From NCBI GenBank assembly GCA_049580385.1, contig JBAUPV010000030.1, forward strand, positions 769,974 through 833,973: a stretch of 64,000 bases of DNA. The letters are read 5' to 3'. Below the pieces are notes generated by a model. It was not told where the DNA came from, did no database searches, and saw only the letters and a list, made by a program, of their open reading frames with translations. Positions within the stretch are counted from its first letter, which is position 1. Each line of letters opens with the position of its first letter. This document shows, one piece after another, positions 16,647 through 25,273 of the stretch. Position numbers and translations under genes: made by a program. The stretch is from Desulfobaccales bacterium (lineage in GTDB: Bacteria; Desulfobacterota; Desulfobaccia; Desulfobaccales; 0-14-0-80-60-11).

Positions 16647-16679
16647 CCCGGGAGGGAGGCAGCCGCCGCCCCACCCGGG
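16647..16679 (-). terminator. GC-rich intercistronic hairpin after gvpA (possible attenuator or 3'-end stabiliser)
   Basis: On the mRNA strand it reads CCCGGGUGGGG-(11 nt)-UCCCUCCCGGG. That gives 10 pairs with one mismatch, 18 nt after the gvpA stop, with no U-tract. Confidence 0.3.
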
Positions 16680-16696
16680 ATCAGGGCCAGGCTTCC

Positions 16697-16915
16697 TCAA
16701 GCAGGAGCAGCCGCACTGGCAGTGAGACCAATGGCCTCGGCGTACTTCAGGTAGGTTTCCACTGAAGCGATGACCACGCGAGCTTCGATGGAAAGCAGTT
16801 CGATCCCCACCAACGACACCTTAGCCCAGGCATCAATGACGATACCCTTGTCCAGAATGCGGTCCACCACTTCCGCCAGGCTCGAAGAATCTGTGGATTT
16901 CTGTACCTTTGCCAT
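16697..16915 (-). CDS. gvpA: Major gas vesicle structural protein GvpA
   Basis: Trimmed to ATG 16915 (AAAGGAGG SD). [64 protein letters not shown] is a canonical 72-aa GvpA. Confidence 0.95.
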   Translation of the reverse strand: MAKVQKSTDSSSLAEVVDRILDKGIVIDAWAKVSLVGIELLSIEARVVIASVETYLKYAEAIGLTASAAAPA

Positions 16916-16975
16916 GAAGAAGTCCTCCTTTCTTGAGATTTTGCCAGCAGCATCTGCCGGCCTGTCTCTATGAAA

Positions 16976-16991
16976 TGCCATTTCCATGCCA
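16976..16991 (-). promoter_or_regulatory. Candidate sigma-54 (-24/-12) promoter of the gvpA operon
   Basis: The minus strand reads TGGCATGGAAATGGCA. GG and GC sit at exact -24/-12 spacing (consensus TGGCACG-N4-TTGC; the -12 box is TGGC). It lies ~60 nt upstream of the gvpA ATG. Confidence 0.55.
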
Positions 16992-17102
16992 AACCAGAAA
17001 GAAAATCTCGCCGGATAACATGCTGTAATTACAAGTTAAAATGTGGCAAGATCTCGCTGTTTCCATTTATAGGCCCGGTTTCTATGGAGGGCGCTCCCTA
17101 GT

Positions 17103-17492
17103 TCAGGGAATCCTTGCCATACCTTCCAGAAATTTGAGAATCTCCTGATGGTCAAAGGGCTTGGCCACAAAGCCGCAGATGAGCCCTGCGGCCATCGCCT
17201 CCTGCACCGCTGTATCGTCCCGATAGAAATACCCTGAAACCATGACGACGCGAATTCCCGGAACCACCTGGCGGAGGCGCCGGGCCAGCTCCAGCCCGTC
17301 CATGTCCGGTAGTTTGGCGTCCACGAAGGCCAGCCGGTAGGGGGCGGCCACCCCCAGGTATTTTAGGGCCTCCCGGGCTCCCAAGGCCTGGCTGGAGGTG
17401 ATGCCGTATTTATCGAGGAGGCGCGCCAGGGCCCAGCACATATCTGGTTCATCGTCCACGATCAAGGCAGCAGCGGGGGTTGGCTGGGGCAC
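17103..17492 (-). CDS. Stand-alone response-regulator receiver protein (GvrC-like position)
   Basis: 129 aa. LIVDDEPDM...FVDAKLPDMDG...AKPF are the CheY-like receiver motifs. Confidence 0.85.
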   Translation of the reverse strand: MPQPTPAAALIVDDEPDMCWALARLLDKYGITSSQALGAREALKYLGVAAPYRLAFVDAKLPDMDGLELARRLRQVVPGIRVVMVSGYFYRDDTAVQEAMAAGLICGFVAKPFDHQEILKFLEGMARIP

Positions 17493-17507
17493 CTTCGTTC
17501 TCCTGCC

Positions 17508-18977
17508 TCAGGCGAGGGGTAGCCGCACCAGGAAGGTGCTCCCACGGCCCACCTGGCTCTCTACCTCGACCGCGCCGCAGTGCTGCTGCACGATGGAGTA
17601 GGTGATGGAGAGTCCCAGCCCGATGCCACGGCCCACAGGCGACCGGGTATAGAAGGGGTCGAAGATCTTGCCAAGGTCTTCCGGGGCAATGCCCCGGCCG
17701 GTATCGGCCACGCGTACCAACGCCTCTCGCCCCCCTTTTTCCAGGGTAACGGTTATTGCTCCTCCTGGGGGCGTGGCATAAAGGGCGTTGAGGTAAAGGT
17801 TCATGAAAACTTGCTGCAGCAGGCTGGCAACCCCATTGCTGATCAAGGGCTCCCGGGGCAGGCGGAGATCCATGGCGACTTTTTGCAGCCTGGCCTGGTT
17901 AGCCACCAACGCCAGGGGTTCCTGCAAGGTGGCGGCCAGATCCACCGGCGCGGTTTTGAGCGAATCCGAGGGGCGAGCAAAGCGCAGTAGGTTTTCGATA
18001 ATATTGGAGGCCTTGTGAATGCCACTTTGCAGTCTTTGGGCGCACTCCCGGATAAACTGCGGGGTAAGCCCCTCCTCCAGGAGGAACTGGGCGACAGAGG
18101 AGCAGATGGCCAGCGGGTTGCGGATTTCATGGGCGATGCCCCCGGCCATGACTCCCAGGGCAGCCAGCTTCTGGGATTGCATCAGTTGCGCCAAGAGCTT
18201 CCGTTGCTCCGTCTGGTCCCGTCCCAATGCCACCATAGCCACCGTCTGGCCCAGGTCGTTTTTCATGGGTGAGCAGACCCAGGAGACCTGGAGGCGGGAG
18301 CCGTCTTTTTTCAAGAGTTCCCAGGACCCCAACCTGGCGCTGCTGGTATAGCGCAGGTGGGATAAGGTCTGCATCACCTCCTCGCGGTGGTCCTCGGTGA
18401 AGAACTGGGGAAAAAGGGATTCCGACACCTCTTCGAAGGCGTATCCGGAGATCTTTTCAGCCGCCGGGTTCCAGGTGAGGATGCGCCCTTCGATGTCGGT
18501 GGACAGCACCATGTCGCTGGCGCTTTCCACCACGCTGGCCAGGTGCCGCTCCACCCGGCGCACCTCTTCACTTAGCCGCACCTGCTCGGTGATGTCCTCC
18601 ATGAGCAGCATGACATACTCAACTTTCGCCTTCCAGGTGAACGGCAGGATGCGGTAATAGTAGATGTGCAGTGGAATCCCGGGCGCCCGGTAGGTCAGGC
18701 GCTCCCCGCCGGTGGGCTCCCCCCCTGAAAAGACCTGCTGGATGCGCCGGGAGATGTCCATGTGATCCAGAATCACCGGGGGAAAGACCTCCTGGAGGCG
18801 GTTGCCAATGGTATCAGCCGGGGTGCGGCGGCTCCTTTCGAAAAAATTGCGGTTGGCTGAAACCAGACGAAGATCGCGGTCGATGAGGAGCACCGACGAG
18901 GGGATGGCGTCCAGCAGCATGGCGTAGAGCTTCTGGTAGCGGTCTTTGCAGGGGGCACCGTTGGCCTCGGGCATCAT
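17508..18977 (-). CDS. PAS-domain sensor histidine kinase (GvrB-like position)
   Basis: The start is set at ATGATG 18977/18974, overlapping the stop of the upstream gvpF/L gene; the track ORF runs further into that gene. It has two PAS-like segments, the H-box GIAHEIRNPL, the N box NLYLNALYAT, and the G boxes DTGRGI and GIGLGLSI. Confidence 0.85.
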   Translation of the reverse strand: MMPEANGAPCKDRYQKLYAMLLDAIPSSVLLIDRDLRLVSANRNFFERSRRTPADTIGNRLQEVFPPVILDHMDISRRIQQVFSGGEPTGGERLTYRAPGIPLHIYYYRILPFTWKAKVEYVMLLMEDITEQVRLSEEVRRVERHLASVVESASDMVLSTDIEGRILTWNPAAEKISGYAFEEVSESLFPQFFTEDHREEVMQTLSHLRYTSSARLGSWELLKKDGSRLQVSWVCSPMKNDLGQTVAMVALGRDQTEQRKLLAQLMQSQKLAALGVMAGGIAHEIRNPLAICSSVAQFLLEEGLTPQFIRECAQRLQSGIHKASNIIENLLRFARPSDSLKTAPVDLAATLQEPLALVANQARLQKVAMDLRLPREPLISNGVASLLQQVFMNLYLNALYATPPGGAITVTLEKGGREALVRVADTGRGIAPEDLGKIFDPFYTRSPVGRGIGLGLSITYSIVQQHCGAVEVESQVGRGSTFLVRLPLA

Positions 18978-19711
18978 TGCGCCTCCATGGCTGCAGTGGG
19001 CTTCTGAAGCGGCGGGGTCGCCAGGACGAAGTTGTATGGGGGCCAGGGGCCGCTTAGCAGAACCTGGCTCGTGCCTGGAGCGCTCAGGCCGCGGGTGGCC
19101 TCCCGAAAGGCGACCTGCGCCGCAGTGGGGACCAGGAAATATAAGGACAGCAACCGGCCTTGGGGAAGCCCCCGGGATTCTCTTAAATGGCGTCGATAAT
19201 GGCCAGTCAGGGCCAGGCAAACCTTCTCTGCCAGAAGGTCTGCTTCCCGGCCCTCCCGATCTTCCCGGGCAAAGTCCCGCCTGCGGGCGTTCAGGTAACC
19301 CAGGCCAGATGCAGTGCTGGCGGCGGAGTCTTCCCGGGCGGATCCTCCCAGGGCCCCCCTGGGCAGAAAGATGCGTATCCCCATCTCCACGCAGCCCTGG
19401 AGTCCTTCCAGGAGGGTCTTAAAATAGGTGCGGCGCTCCGTCAGCAGGCGCTCCACCTGGGAGGCGTCCGGTAGCAGATAGCCAAAGCGTAAAGGGATGG
19501 CGGTATAATGGTTGTGGTACCATTCTATGATGCGCCCGTATGTTTGCCAGGTCTGGCGGTCCGGATGCAGGTCGTCGCGACGGCAGGGGGATACCGCGGC
19601 GCGCAGGTTGGCGCCACCGACGGTTATCAAGGGCCGCCCCCCCACTCCGGTCAAGGATGGGGGAACGGCGATGCCGTCCCCGGGAAAGATGCAATAGAGC
19701 AAAAGTTCCAT
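18974..19711 (-). CDS. Gas vesicle protein GvpF/GvpL family (copy 2)
   Basis: 245 aa, with the LLLYCIF N-terminus and the LSGPWPPYNFV C-terminal motif. Confidence 0.75.
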   Translation of the reverse strand: MELLLYCIFPGDGIAVPPSLTGVGGRPLITVGGANLRAAVSPCRRDDLHPDRQTWQTYGRIIEWYHNHYTAIPLRFGYLLPDASQVERLLTERRTYFKTLLEGLQGCVEMGIRIFLPRGALGGSAREDSAASTASGLGYLNARRRDFAREDREGREADLLAEKVCLALTGHYRRHLRESRGLPQGRLLSLYFLVPTAAQVAFREATRGLSAPGTSQVLLSGPWPPYNFVLATPPLQKPTAAMEAQ

Positions 19712-19745
19712 AACGTCGATAATGGGCGGTCTAAGGCGGCAAGGC

Positions 19746-20621
19746 TCAGTCGCGGCTGAGGGCCGGGGCGAAACTGAAGGGCGCCCAGGGGCCAGTGCTG
19801 GTGAATGTTAGCCCGTAGGAGGCGCCCAGGCGGTTGGCCCGGTTGAGCCGCGCCCCGAAGGCGGCCAGTTGCGCGCGGGGCACCAGAAAGGCCCAGTTGG
19901 CCACCATTTCCTGTCTCTGCCCGGTAATATCCCGGGGCAGCAACCGGCGTGGGCAAGAGGCGGAGACGCTTTCCCGGATAAGCGTCCGGGCCCGCCCCAG
20001 CGTTTCTTTAAGCCAGGACCGTATTTGGCACTCCAGTTCGCTCCGGAGCCGTTGCTCCCGGAAATAGCGCGCCCCCGGAGGCAGGGCGTCCAACTCCGCG
20101 CCCTGCCCGCTGCGGGCCTGGGAAAAGAGGCGTTGCCGGGCCCGGTCCCGATCCAGGAACCCTTTGACCGCCCATTCCTCCCTGTCGGCCACCCCTTCCC
20201 AAAAGGCGCGGATGGCCTGGCGATGACGCGCCAGGCACCGGGCCAGACTATCCCGGGAGGAAAACAGGGTGCCGAAAGGCAAGGGCAGGACCGGAGAGCG
20301 GCGCATCAGGCCGCCGATGATTTCTTGATGGCGGGCCAACCGGGGAGCCAGCCAGGAGAGGTCCTGAAGGTTGGCCTCTGCCTCGGGGCCGCAAAACTCC
20401 TCCAGGGCCACGGGGCTGAGGACGGCGGTGATATCCTGGAAGCGCTCTGCCGTTAGGTTCGGCAGCCCCTCCACTGCCGTGTCTTTAAGGTGCGGCAACG
20501 ATGTGGCGGGAACCAGGCAAAAGAGATACAAGGCTTCACCGCCGGATTTTTGGTTAAGGGCCGCCGTCATCCCCACCGCCGGTTCATCGGTCCGGAGGCT
20601 TTCTTCCCGAATCGTCTCCAT
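19746..20621 (-). CDS. Gas vesicle protein GvpF/GvpL family (copy 3)
   Basis: Trimmed to ATG 20621, 1 nt after the Cdc48-like stop. Motifs are ALYLFCLV... and the C-terminal STGPWAPFSFA. Confidence 0.75.
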   Translation of the reverse strand: METIREESLRTDEPAVGMTAALNQKSGGEALYLFCLVPATSLPHLKDTAVEGLPNLTAERFQDITAVLSPVALEEFCGPEAEANLQDLSWLAPRLARHQEIIGGLMRRSPVLPLPFGTLFSSRDSLARCLARHRQAIRAFWEGVADREEWAVKGFLDRDRARQRLFSQARSGQGAELDALPPGARYFREQRLRSELECQIRSWLKETLGRARTLIRESVSASCPRRLLPRDITGQRQEMVANWAFLVPRAQLAAFGARLNRANRLGASYGLTFTSTGPWAPFSFAPALSRD

Positions 20622-20622
20622 G

Positions 20623-22743
20623 CTATTGGACCTCGCTGAGGGCGGATTCCAGATCATCCGGGTCGATCAGAACCGCCGGAGGAGGCGCCTTCCGGTCCGG
20701 AGCGGCGGCCACCGCTCGTCGCACCGCCTTGAGGGCGGCCTGGTGGCAAATTGCCCCGATCTCGGCGCCGCTCAAGCCTTCGGTGCGAGCCGCCAGTGCC
20801 GCCGGATCAATGCCCGGGGTCACGGGCTTGGCCCGCAGATGCACCTGAAAGATCTGCAGGCGATCCGCCTCGTCGGGAAGGGGCAGTTCGATGATCTCAT
20901 CGAAGCGGCCCGGCCTTAAGACCGCCGGATCGATAATATCCAGGCGATTGGTGGCCCCCAGCACCAATACCCCCTTCAGCTCCTCGATGCCGTCGAAATC
21001 CGCCAGGAACTGGCTCAGCACCCGCTCCGACACATGCGAATCGGAATTCCCGGCGCTGCGGGTGGGCAGCAGGGCGTCGATTTCGTCAAAGAATACGATA
21101 CAAGGGGCTGCCTGCCTCGCCTTGTGGAACACCTCCCGCACCCCCCGCTCCGATTCCCCCACATACTTGGACATTAAGGCCGGCCCTTTCACCGACATGA
21201 AGTTCACTCCGCTTTCGTTGGCAAAGGCCTTGGCCAGCAAGGTCTTCCCTACGCCTGGAGGCCCGGAGAGGAGGATGCCCTTGGGAGCCCGGATTCCCGC
21301 CTGCTCGAAAAATTGAGGATATTTCAGGGGCCACTCGATGGCCTCCTGGAGACGCTGCCGCACCGTCTCCAGGCCTCCCACGTCCTGCCAGCGGACGTCC
21401 GGGACTTCCACAAATACCTCCCGGATGGCCGAAGGCTCCACGTCTCGTAGGGCCGCCTGGAAATCGTCCCGGGTCACCTCCAGTTTGGCTATCAGTTCAT
21501 AAGGGATGCTGGTAAGGCCAAAGTCGATGTCCGGCATGATCCGGCGCAGGCAGATCATGGCGGCTTCCCTGCACAGGGCCTCCAGATCGGCGCCTACATA
21601 ACCGTGGGTGATTTCCCCCAGATGAGTCAGGTCCACATCCTGAGCCAAGGGCATGCCCCGGCTGTGAATCTCCAGGATTTCCAGGCGGCCGTGGCGGTCG
21701 GGGATGGGGATGGAGATCTCCCGGTCGAAGCGGCCCGGCCGCCGCAAGGCCGGGTCTAAGGCGTTAGGAATGTTGGTGGCGGCAATGACGATGACGTTCT
21801 GGCGCCGGGTAAGGCCGTCCATCAAGGCCAGGAGCTGGGCCACCACCCTTTTCTCCACGTCCCCGACGGTCTGTTCCCGCTTGGGGGCGATGGCGTCCAC
21901 TTCATCCAGAAAGACGATGCTGGGGCCCTTGCGGGAGGCTTCTTCAAAGATCTTGCGCAGGTGGGCTTCGCTCTCTCCATAGAACTTGTGAATCACCTCC
22001 GGACCGCTTACCGAAAAAAAGTTGGCTTCGGTGGCGTGGGCTATGGCGCGAGCGATGAGGGTCTTCCCGGATCCCGGCGGGCCATGGAGCAACACCCCTT
22101 TGGGCGGGTCGATCCCCAGGCGCTCGAAGACCTCCGGGTAGCGCAGGGGCAGCTCTATCATCTCCCGGATCCGTTGCAACTGGGGCCGCAGTCCCCCGAT
22201 GTCTTCGTAGGCAATGGCCTGGGGCCGTTCTTCCACCCGCTCCTTGCCCACTACCAGGGTGGTGGTGGGGTTGATCATCACCGGCCCCTGGGGGGAGGTG
22301 CTCTCCACCTGGAAGTCGGCCCAACGGCTGCCGAAGAGCACTGCCCGGATGCGGTCCCCGGCTACCAGGGGCAGGCCGTCCAGCAGACTGCCGATATATT
22401 TCAGGTCCCGCTCGCCGGGAGTAATGGTCATGGGGGTGAGGAGCACCCGTTCGGCGGCTTTGAAGGGAACCGGCCTTACCCGGACGGATTCATCGATCCC
22501 CACCCCGGCGTTTTCCCGGCTCAGCCCATCCAACTGGATACGGGACTGGCCCCGGAGTTCCTGGTAGGCGGGCATAGCCTTGCATACAGTCTGCCTTTTC
22601 CCCGCCACCTCCACCAGGTCTCCGATGGCCAACCCCAGTCTTTCCAGGTCTTCCGGCCCCATGCGAGCCATAGCCCTCCCCACGTCCTTGCTCAGGGCTT
22701 CGGTCACCTTCAGTTTCAGGGGAGTTTCCTTAGATTCAGGCAT
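20623..22743 (-). CDS. Cdc48/VCP/VAT-type double-ring AAA+ ATPase
   Basis: 706 aa. It has an N-terminal Cdc48-N-like domain (LKLKVTEALSKDVGRAMARM...GDLVEV). Two AAA+ modules follow, with GPPGSGKT and GPPGVGKT Walker A motifs and DEVD/DEID Walker B motifs. Confidence 0.85.
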   Translation of the reverse strand: MPESKETPLKLKVTEALSKDVGRAMARMGPEDLERLGLAIGDLVEVAGKRQTVCKAMPAYQELRGQSRIQLDGLSRENAGVGIDESVRVRPVPFKAAERVLLTPMTITPGERDLKYIGSLLDGLPLVAGDRIRAVLFGSRWADFQVESTSPQGPVMINPTTTLVVGKERVEERPQAIAYEDIGGLRPQLQRIREMIELPLRYPEVFERLGIDPPKGVLLHGPPGSGKTLIARAIAHATEANFFSVSGPEVIHKFYGESEAHLRKIFEEASRKGPSIVFLDEVDAIAPKREQTVGDVEKRVVAQLLALMDGLTRRQNVIVIAATNIPNALDPALRRPGRFDREISIPIPDRHGRLEILEIHSRGMPLAQDVDLTHLGEITHGYVGADLEALCREAAMICLRRIMPDIDFGLTSIPYELIAKLEVTRDDFQAALRDVEPSAIREVFVEVPDVRWQDVGGLETVRQRLQEAIEWPLKYPQFFEQAGIRAPKGILLSGPPGVGKTLLAKAFANESGVNFMSVKGPALMSKYVGESERGVREVFHKARQAAPCIVFFDEIDALLPTRSAGNSDSHVSERVLSQFLADFDGIEELKGVLVLGATNRLDIIDPAVLRPGRFDEIIELPLPDEADRLQIFQVHLRAKPVTPGIDPAALAARTEGLSGAEIGAICHQAALKAVRRAVAAAPDRKAPPPAVLIDPDDLESALSEVQ

Positions 22744-22904
22744 CCATCTTCTCCTTGAGGCATTGGCGCCAGATAGAGAATCGCCATGGGGACGATCCCT
22801 AACTCTCTAATTCCTGTAACCCCGCTCTGACGGCATCCAGCAACGATCAGGCAGGGTTCATCAATCCGTTCCGGGGAGCAGAAACCACAAACCGCAAAAC
22901 TGCA

Positions 22905-23423
22905 TTACTTCCGGCACCTGATCTCCAGAATGCCGTTATTGCAGGTGATCTTCATCTTCTCCCGGGGATAGATCTCGGGCAGGAGCAGTTCCTTGCGGTA
23001 CTTCTTTGCGTCTCTGGCCGCGACCATGGTAAGGAGATCGCCCTCCACCTCGAGACGGATATCCCCGGCCCGGATGCCGGGCATCTCGGCGATGATCAGG
23101 AGGTGGTCCTTCTCTTTGAAGATATCCACCACCGGCTCCCGTACCTCCTGAACCTCGCTTTCACCGGACCGAACATCCCGGCGCAGGTTGCCAAAGGGCT
23201 CCACCCGGACTTCCTCGCCCTTGGGCCCACCCATGCGGACGTTGAAGCCATAAGTTCCCCGGAGGCCCTCTTTGGTCTCAAATTGGCCCGACTTTTTCAG
23301 TTCTTCCCCTTTTTCAGCCAGGTCCCCCAGCTTTTCCACCAAGTTAGCCAGGCCCTTGAACATGCTGCCGACGCCGGCGCCCCATTCCCCTTCCCGTTTC
23401 GGGCTCTCTGCCTTTTTGCTCAT
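22905..23423 (-). CDS. Hsp20/alpha-crystallin-domain protein (GvpH-like position)
   Basis: 172 aa. VDIFKEKDHLLIIAEMPGIRAGDIRLEVEGDLLTM...ILEIR is an alpha-crystallin domain. Confidence 0.75.
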   Translation of the reverse strand: MSKKAESPKREGEWGAGVGSMFKGLANLVEKLGDLAEKGEELKKSGQFETKEGLRGTYGFNVRMGGPKGEEVRVEPFGNLRRDVRSGESEVQEVREPVVDIFKEKDHLLIIAEMPGIRAGDIRLEVEGDLLTMVAARDAKKYRKELLLPEIYPREKMKITCNNGILEIRCRK

Positions 23424-23431
23424 GTCTCACC

Positions 23432-24820
23432 TCAGTGATAATTGATGCCGTGCTGTTTGACTTTAAGGTGCATGGTCTTGTAATCGATGGAAAGCATCCG
23501 GGCGGCCTTGGCTTTGTTGCCGTGGGTGTGTTGCAACACCTGGGTGAGGACCTCCTTTTCCACCCGGTCCACATTGAGACGCACAATCTCCTTGAGTGAG
23601 CTTTCCCGCCAGGAGGCCGGGGCCAGGGGAGGCATGGACTGCGCCGGCGCCCCGGTCCCCATGATATTGAGATGGCCCGGGGTGATGAGGTCCCTGGCCA
23701 GGAGTACCGCCCGGCGGATGACCGAGCGCAACTGCCGGACGTTGCCCGGCCACAGGTAAGAGGACAGAGCCTCCAGGGCGCTGCCGGAGAACCCTTGCAC
23801 CTCCTTGTGGAGTTCGGCGTTAGTCTGGTCCAGAAACCGCCCGGCCAGGTAGGGAATGTCTTCCTGGCGTTCCCGGAGAGGCGGCAGCTGGATGCTGAAT
23901 TCATTCAAGCGGTAGTACAGGTCCCGCCGAAAGGAGCCAGCCGCCACTACCTCTTCCAGGTCCTGATTGGTGGCGCATAGCAGGCGGATGTCCACCTTCA
24001 AGGGGATGGTGCCTCCCAGCCGCTGGATCGTCTTTTCCTGCAAGACCCGGAGCAGTTTGGCCTGGGAGCCTGGTGGCAAATTGGAAATCTCATCCAAAAA
24101 TAGGGTTCCCCCCCTGGCCACCTCCAATTTGCCTACTTTCTTGGCGTCGGCGCTGGTGAAGGCCCCTTTCTCATAGCCGAACAGCTCGCTCTCCAACAAG
24201 GACTCGGGGATGGCGCCGCAGTCCACCGCCACAGAGGGGCCGGCGGCCCGGGGGCTGCACCGATGGATGGCTGCGGCCACCAGTTCCTTGCCGGAGCCGG
24301 TTTCGCCCAGGATGACCACGGAGAAATCGGATTGCGCCACCCGGTTGACGTCGGTGATTAGCCTGCCAACGGCGTCGCTGGGACCCATGGACTCCCTGAG
24401 GCAACAACCGCTATCCCTGGCAGGACCGGTCTCGCTTCCCCTCCGGCGCTGCCGCTCCTCCAGAGCCCGGCGCAGCAGGCGGATGACCTCCCGGTGCTGG
24501 AAGGGCTTGGCAAGATAATCGTAGGCCCCGGCCCGCATAGCCGCCACTGCCTGGTTGACCCCGGCATAGGCGGTGATCATGATTACCGGCAGGTCCGCAT
24601 CCATCTCCCGGGCCTTCTGCAGCAGCTCCAGGCCATCCCGGTCGGGCAGATGCACATCCGCCAACATCACCTCGGCTCCTTGGAGGCGCAGCAATTCCAA
24701 GGCCGAACCGCCGTCCGCCGCCGTCAGCGGCGTGAACCCCTCCTTGCGGACCAGGCGCGCCAGAATCTCCCGGAGATCCTGGTCGTCATCGACAATCAAT
24801 ACTCCTGAGCCTACGGGCAT
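23432..24820 (-). CDS. NtrC-type sigma-54-dependent response regulator (GvrA-like position)
   Basis: Trimmed to ATG 24820 (GGAGG SD). It has a receiver domain (VLIVDDDQD...LADVHLPDRDG...AKPF), an AAA+ domain (GETGSGKE, ESELFGYEKGAFTSA) and a Fis HTH (AARMLSIDYKTMHLKV). Confidence 0.9.
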   Translation of the reverse strand: MPVGSGVLIVDDDQDLREILARLVRKEGFTPLTAADGGSALELLRLQGAEVMLADVHLPDRDGLELLQKAREMDADLPVIMITAYAGVNQAVAAMRAGAYDYLAKPFQHREVIRLLRRALEERQRRRGSETGPARDSGCCLRESMGPSDAVGRLITDVNRVAQSDFSVVILGETGSGKELVAAAIHRCSPRAAGPSVAVDCGAIPESLLESELFGYEKGAFTSADAKKVGKLEVARGGTLFLDEISNLPPGSQAKLLRVLQEKTIQRLGGTIPLKVDIRLLCATNQDLEEVVAAGSFRRDLYYRLNEFSIQLPPLRERQEDIPYLAGRFLDQTNAELHKEVQGFSGSALEALSSYLWPGNVRQLRSVIRRAVLLARDLITPGHLNIMGTGAPAQSMPPLAPASWRESSLKEIVRLNVDRVEKEVLTQVLQHTHGNKAKAARMLSIDYKTMHLKVKQHGINYH

Positions 24821-25164
24821 TTCGCTACCTCCATGAGATAATCGGATGAGCACCGGCTCCTCGCCAGGAAGCCCCGGCCTGGGCGAAGGGGAAGCCTCGG
24901 ATAGGATTTCTAGTTTCTCTTGGGGGGCCGGAAGACTCCTCAGACTCCGCCAGTTTGCGAGCAAATGGAGGCAAGACTCGAAACCACTCTTAAGAGGGCC
25001 AGGGCAAATTTTCTTTAATGGGAAAACCGCCCGCTCCCGGAAGCAGTCTCCGGACATGAGCCCGCACCATCATGAACGGCTGCAACAGCATCGGCTCCAT
25101 TGCCGAAAAAGTTAATTGATCGTCTATTTTTCTGACCCTTTGGGAAAACTCTCCCCGAGCCTAC

Positions 25165-25181
25165 TTCAAGATTAGTGCCAA
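25165..25181 (-). promoter_or_regulatory. Weak sigma-54 promoter candidate upstream of the GvrA-like gene
   Basis: The minus strand reads TTGGCAC-TAATC-TTGAA. The -24 box is perfect, but the -12 box is TTGAA instead of TTGCA (the conserved C is A). It lies ~340 nt upstream of the activator ATG. Confidence 0.25.
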
Positions 25182-25273
25182 CGATCTTAAATTAGTAAAA
25201 CTTTGTTAAACTAAGAGGATATGCTGAAAGGCAGGCATCCTTTAGATAAATAATTGCAAATTCTTACGAAGTT

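Noticed and set aside
17044-17058. Plus-strand sigma-54-like TGGCAAG-ATCT-CGCT
   Set aside because: The GC is one position off canonical spacing, and no plus-strand gene lies downstream.
22744-22904. Search for a promoter (sigma-54 or sigma-70) in the 160-nt gap upstream of the Cdc48-like gene
   Set aside because: No GG-N10-GC arrangement and no convincing -35/-10 pair were found by eye. The gene may be read through from the Hsp20 gene.
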